From a bacterium (GTDB taxonomy: Bacteria; UBA8248): 64,000 bases of DNA. The translations under genes were made by a program, and so were the position numbers. The stretch lies in contig OZ241875.1 in assembly GCA_965203325.1 (NCBI GenBank), forward strand, positions 1,792,001-1,856,000, given 5' to 3'. The notes below the pieces were generated by a model. That model was not told where the DNA came from. It ran no database searches and saw only the letters and a program-made list of their open reading frames with translations. Of the stretch, positions 59,253 to 64,000 are shown one piece after another; the first letter of the stretch is position 1, and each line of letters opens with the position of its first letter.

Positions 59253-61013
59253 TTGATTATCGATTATCTCGATCAGTTTCCGCTGCTGGCGGCGCTGCTT
59301 CCGGCGCGATTGCATAGTCTACTCGAACCGGTTGACGACGATCCCCAGCTTCGGGTCGAGGTCGCTTTGCGATACGGTTTCGACCTGTACGGTCCGAATC
59401 GTGAGTATGTACATATGGTTATGGCTTTGGTGCCAAAGGCCGAGTTCAGCCGACTAGGTGTACCAGGAGAGTCCAGAAACGGCGTGGTCTCCTTTTCCAC
59501 ACCCGATGTGAAGGAGCGAGGCGGTCTAGTGGACTTTACTCCTTCGGTGTCTGGGTTTGACTACATCGTAGCGTCTTGGGGTAACGGCTCCTTCTACAGC
59601 TACAATCTTGCGGAAAAAGTCTGGATGGCCTTGGGACTTTCACCGCGCTGCCTTGGCGGGGATATGCAGCGAGTGATCTTTGATGACCTATCGCTTCCAG
59701 AGTTTGGGGTCGCGGAAGGGGAAATCTCGACCGAGTACCATTACTCCCCCAAGCGGGACGTCCGTTGGACGATGTCCAATGAATACCTGCGACGCTACCT
59801 CTGGATGCGGGGCACCTACGGCGTCCGGATTTTCTTCTACGAAGCCCTGTTGCCGGACTGCCCCGACCTCCGGGCAGTGATGGCGGGCGAGACTCACGTA
59901 CAACTAAAACCTTCCGGCAGTTGGTATGAGTTCGACATCCGAGAGCACGAGGGCGGGCTTTTAATGCAAGTCTGGGCCAGTGTGGTCGCGGTAGTTCCGG
60001 AACTTAGCTCCGAACCGAGCGCGTGCGGTCTGGTTTGGCCAGGATTCGCTCAGCCAATGACCCACAACAGAGCCAATGCTTTAATCAAGAGCATGCCCGT
60101 ATACCTCGATGACCGATTTCTGGAGCGATATGAGCAAAGTAGTTTTTTCGACACAACGCCAGTAAACGTTCACGGAAAGTGGCATTGTTGTCCGTCCTAC
60201 GGCGGGCAATGGAGCTTCACAGACTGTGTTCGCGTTGGCCGCAATCTTCTTCAGGTACCGATGCGGGAACTCTACAAACCAAAACCAGATCGAGAGATCA
60301 AGCATGCTCATGACTACGTGCTCGAACCTGCTCAAGTCGCTGAGTTCGATCAAGATGAAGAGCATATCGTTTCCAAGACGCAACGCTTTGTGGAGCAACT
60401 TCTGAACCTTGGAGATCAACTCGCGGCTCTAAGCGAAACCATAGGAACGGTGGCGCCTACCGCAACTAAAATCGTTGGCTTCTCCCGCGCGGAACTGCGC
60501 AACAATGGCTGGTTGAACTATCCTGAGCTGTCACACCTCGCTCAGGTGGCTCCACTTTCCATGACAGAGCAGGCTTTTCTCTCGCGGTGCAAGAGCATTC
60601 ATGAACTCTGGCAACGCATTCCAAATGGCTTCCTGCGAAATATTGTAGCAAGCGCTGGCCACGCCCACTCAGATATCAAAAACCTAGGCAGCCTCAAGCT
60701 CCTGCAAGCCTTGCTAAACATCGTGGAGCGGCTGAATGCAGAGGGCGAGCGTGCCGACGCATTCGGCGCCGACGCGAACGCCGAAGACTTGACGTCTCAA
60801 AACAGCGCCTTGGCATCGTTGTTCGTCAACAACGATCTTCGCATAGCGGATGCACATGACGCAGGCGGTGTGCTCAGGAATCTTGAAGCACTCGGCTTCG
60901 ACGCAGCGGCTTTGAACCAAGGCTATGGTAGCGCCCTCGACCACGTCTTCGATGGAGTGATCAACGCCTTTGCTCACTTGAACACGGAGTTGGCCAAACT
61001 GCTGAACCGCTAA
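59253..61013 (+). CDS. Hypothetical protein with putative C-terminal HEPN motif
   Basis: 586-aa ORF with AAGGAG RBS; helical C-terminus containing GSLKLL...NDLRIADAH (Rx4H). Confidence 0.65.
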   Translation: MIIDYLDQFPLLAALLPARLHSLLEPVDDDPQLRVEVALRYGFDLYGPNREYVHMVMALVPKAEFSRLGVPGESRNGVVSFSTPDVKERGGLVDFTPSVSGFDYIVASWGNGSFYSYNLAEKVWMALGLSPRCLGGDMQRVIFDDLSLPEFGVAEGEISTEYHYSPKRDVRWTMSNEYLRRYLWMRGTYGVRIFFYEALLPDCPDLRAVMAGETHVQLKPSGSWYEFDIREHEGGLLMQVWASVVAVVPELSSEPSACGLVWPGFAQPMTHNRANALIKSMPVYLDDRFLERYEQSSFFDTTPVNVHGKWHCCPSYGGQWSFTDCVRVGRNLLQVPMRELYKPKPDREIKHAHDYVLEPAQVAEFDQDEEHIVSKTQRFVEQLLNLGDQLAALSETIGTVAPTATKIVGFSRAELRNNGWLNYPELSHLAQVAPLSMTEQAFLSRCKSIHELWQRIPNGFLRNIVASAGHAHSDIKNLGSLKLLQALLNIVERLNAEGERADAFGADANAEDLTSQNSALASLFVNNDLRIADAHDAGGVLRNLEALGFDAAALNQGYGSALDHVFDGVINAFAHLNTELAKLLNR

Positions 61014-62121
61014 TTGAGGGTTGCCTTCCATGTCATGAAATTTTGCGCGCTCTTGCGTCAGCCCGGCATGGTTCAGCCTTATCGTCCAACTAACGTTCGT
61101 TGCACTATGGGTGCAATAGTGTGAGCAAATGAGTACTCTTCATGCCGAATTTCCGGAGAAACACACGCTTCCGCGTCAAGTGAAACAGCTTACTTGGCTT
61201 CCCTGCGAACCTAACAACTGATGCGCTCCTTTCTGACGTCGACAAAGCCGCACATTCAGAAATGTACAAGGTTCTGAATTCATTAATGGCACGGTACGAG
61301 GAGAAGACCGATTAGGCTCGAAAAGTTGTGTATACGGTTGAAGGCAAAACCTGCAGACCGACCTCCAAGCGCGAGAGATGTCGTTCGATGATGTCCTTAA
61401 GTCGGCGGACTATGCTGTAATCGATGATGTCCGAGATGCGCCCCGCCATATCGTGAACGTGTTCGTCAGCGAGATGAATATAGCGTTTCATGTTGCCTTG
61501 CCGTCAGCGCCGTCATCCGTGCTGTTGTTGGATCTCTCATCAAAGCAGCGATGTATCAGGGTTTTGGGATGCTCCAGCACTACACAAGAGTAAAGAACAA
61601 GAAGAGGAAACTGAACGCAGGTGTGAATCAGGCACTGATGCATATCAGCAAGCAAGCTGTTACGGGCCGGACTTTGGAAGATGCCCCGACATAGCCCCGC
61701 AGGTCTACGCTGGAGTTTGAATTCCTCCACTTCCGCTTTGATTACATATCACGGAAGAGAAATTTTAGGGAAGATTGGAAATATCGCCTAATGCATATGA
61801 TTTTAGCAGATTACAAACATTCCACCCCCGCCTGAAATCCCCCACCGTCTCTAACCACGCGAGGCGCGGGCGGGACTGCCCGGGATGTTAAAGCCGGGCG
61901 CTTTCAGTGCGATGAAGGCGATCCTAGTTGTCCTGCTGCAATAGCAGCGGAAATCAAACAGGTAAGTTGACGGGCAATTACCGACACGGCTACCGCCAAG
62001 ATGGCAAATACGGCAGTAACAGAAATTGAGCTATCGCAAACTGTCCCAGTCCCACCCGCTTTTGCGAATGCAGAAAGAAAAAGATGATTGGAGTGAAGTT
62101 TTCGGGACTCAGGAGAAAGTA

Positions 62122-62247
62122 ATGGCACAATTTATTACGTCAATACGGATAAAAAACTTCCGCTCTATTGTCGAGCAGACTTTTTCTCTTAGCGACGAAA
62201 CTCTTTCGATATTCGTAGGTCGTAATGACGTTAGAAAAACGAGCTAA
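62122..62247 (+). pseudogene. N-terminal fragment of an ABC/OLD-type ATPase
   Basis: MAQFITSIRIKNFRSI..IFVGRNDVRKTS*: IKNFRS motif and broken Walker A; AGGAG RBS. Confidence 0.65.
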
Positions 62248-62341
62248 GCGCTTAACTTGGAGAGGTAGAGTCACAAGAGACTTTCGCCCTTGATCCGAAT
62301 AAAAATACAAAGTGCAATTTACCAAAAATCAAAACTCATAT

Positions 62342-64000
62342 TCAGTCACCTGCCGTACGATTCTTTTCAACTCTGCGTAAGCTATCAATGAAGATTTCAT
62401 TTTTCGTATTGCTTTCCAGTAGCCCCTTCAACGTAGCCCAATATTCGGTTGATACCGAGCAAGCAATCTTCGAACAAATTTCAAATGCCATCGTCTCTTC
62501 CAATTTCTGCCATTTCTCACTCATAATTATCTGAGTTCTGGAAGAATTCAGATCCAAGTCCATGCTTCCACAAACATCTATCACTATCAACATTGGGAAT
62601 GGCCAATTCAGTTTTACCTGATTTTTTTGCATTCTCCACGATTCTGGAAATAGCGTTGTAGGGACTTCAATTCCGTGCAACGAAAGCCAAGATTTCGATT
62701 TCCAATGACTACTATATAAATTCGACTGCTCTATTATTCCTTCTTCATCTATAGTGATTGATGTCGTAGACTCCTTTATTTCATTACTGACCATCCGCAA
62801 ACTCTTGTCTAAAGAATAATCTTCACCTTCAATCACAATAGACTTGGACGTCATTTCAATACTAGTGGTCGGCGAGCCATGAGACTCTAATATCGCTACA
62901 ATGACGGAGCCAACAAATCCTTTTTCTTGATTATCAAAATCTATGTTAAATACTCTAATATTATCATGCTCATCCCATGTATGTTCTCTTAGTTGTTCAG
63001 CCTTTATTTCCTTGAACGATTTTTCATCTCTTATTTTTTCTTGAGATTCTGTTTCTATTACTATCTTGAATGGCGGGTTTGGCAATACGTTTTCAACGGA
63101 CTTAATGAACTCGTCTTCGCTCAAATTATCCCACGGATTTACGTTTTTTCTGAGGAATAGTTTGGTTGATGTTCCGGGTATTGTTCGTTGCCCCGGCTTT
63201 ATCCAAAATATGCTTTCTTGGCCTTCAATAGTAATATTTATCGCGTCACTCGAATTGTGAGGTCCATAAACTCTTCGGGTATCTACTACCAATGTATCAG
63301 CCACCATAAAGCAAGACAAAATCCCTATGCCAAATCGAGATATTGGCATAAACTTCGCCTTTGCTATTGACTTTAGTTCATAAAAATCAGGAGACATATA
63401 AAATGACGACCCGACTTTGGAATAGTACGCGTCAATAATATACTGATCCATTCCAGTCCCGTTATCAATTATCTCCAGTACGTCTCCATCGGTTTCAGTT
63501 GAATATTTTATGTGTATCTCTGGTTCGTATAAATTGTCCCAACTCTTTTCCATAGCGCTTCGCAGCAAACAAGCGTCGATCGAATTTTGCAATAACTCTC
63601 TAAGAGGAACTTCTGTGTCACCATATAATTTTGTGCCCATTAATAAATCTATAACTTGATTTTTACTCAAGTTGAACTGTGCTTTTTTATAGAGATAAAG
63701 TGGCTGACCATTAATACCTTTCTTTGTTTCAATTTTTGATCTATCCACCTTAAAGGGGATACTAATTGTATGTTGTTTTCCTTGGTCGCTATCGAAATTG
63801 TTGATTGATGAAATAATATTATTGCAGGCACTTAACTCCCGATCGATAATGTCGCAAAAATCGTGAATTGATGCTTCTATAGCAGGATGTATGCACTTGG
63901 CATGAAATTGAATAGACTCCTCACTGATAGACCATGCTTCAATAGCTCTGTGTTTATTCCATTCTTTGACCGATATCGGATTCCTTACAAACAGATGCGA
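62342..64000 (-). CDS. HD-CE + HSP90-like (GHKL) ATPase protein, 5' end outside the window
   Basis: Frame is open to the window edge (SHLFVRNPISVKEWNKH..C.HPAIE..FCDIIDREL); LYG..PLRELLQNSIDA, DNGTGM, KVGSSFY, SRFGIGILSCFM; AT-rich. Confidence 0.8.
   Translation of the reverse strand, partial: SHLFVRNPISVKEWNKHRAIEAWSISEESIQFHAKCIHPAIEASIHDFCDIIDRELSACNNIISSINNFDSDQGKQHTISIPFKVDRSKIETKKGINGQPLYLYKKAQFNLSKNQVIDLLMGTKLYGDTEVPLRELLQNSIDACLLRSAMEKSWDNLYEPEIHIKYSTETDGDVLEIIDNGTGMDQYIIDAYYSKVGSSFYMSPDFYELKSIAKAKFMPISRFGIGILSCFMVADTLVVDTRRVYGPHNSSDAINITIEGQESIFWIKPGQRTIPGTSTKLFLRKNVNPWDNLSEDEFIKSVENVLPNPPFKIVIETESQEKIRDEKSFKEIKAEQLREHTWDEHDNIRVFNIDFDNQEKGFVGSVIVAILESHGSPTTSIEMTSKSIVIEGEDYSLDKSLRMVSNEIKESTTSITIDEEGIIEQSNLYSSHWKSKSWLSLHGIEVPTTLFPESWRMQKNQVKLNWPFPMLIVIDVCGSMDLDLNSSRTQIIMSEKWQKLEETMAFEICSKIACSVSTEYWATLKGLLESNTKNEIFIDSLRRVEKNRTAGD

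Larger units (their letters stand above)
33050..64000. mobile_element. Accessory/genomic island (recombinase, surface lipoproteins, plasmid-type leading region, defence-like genes); boundaries approximate
   Basis: Housekeeping genes stop at 32717; then tyrosine recombinase, excisionase-like HTH, ssb/DUF2493, pseudogenes and stepwise falling GC toward the AT-rich last 2 kb. No att/tRNA found. Confidence 0.65.

Overview
GC-rich bacterial chromosome window with three parts. (1) 1-11.1 kb: a candidate sterol/lipid handling cluster: LolA-like sorting protein (partial), outer-membrane barrels, an MMPL/RND transporter, a TPR protein, a GPP34(GOLPH3-like)-cytochrome P450 fusion, a KshA/Neverland-type Rieske oxygenase and an ERG6/SMT-like sterol C24-methyltransferase. 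(2) 11.2-32.7 kb: housekeeping and catabolic genes (rpmG-rpmB, oxidoreductases, AmrB/MEMO, MFS, amidohydrolase, CydA-like/cytochrome c pair, enolase-superfamily enzyme, AddAB-like helicase-nuclease, homoserine dehydrogenase, ThDP enzyme), plus a hicBA islet bracketed by a ~138-bp direct repeat. MITE-like repeats sharing terminal inverted repeats are scattered through parts 1-2. (3) ~33.1 kb to the end: an accessory island. It opens with a Cre-like tyrosine recombinase, two 34-bp loxP-geometry sites in inverted orientation enclosing a sigma70-type promoter, and two tandem TbpB-like surface lipoprotein cassettes with conserved leaders and structured trailers: a candidate undescribed invertible-promoter (phase-variation) system, the strongest novelty here. 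It continues with plasmid-type leading-region genes (ssb, DUF4326, DUF2493, RHH) and a lower-GC defence-like block (two STAND/NACHT-nuclease proteins, AAA_14-DUF4143, a putative HEPN protein, a decayed integrase, an HD-CE/HSP90-like ATPase). No rRNA, tRNA or CRISPR array was recognised. Family assignments come from motifs read by eye, not database searches; a marine invertebrate (sponge) symbiont origin is only an inference from gene content.
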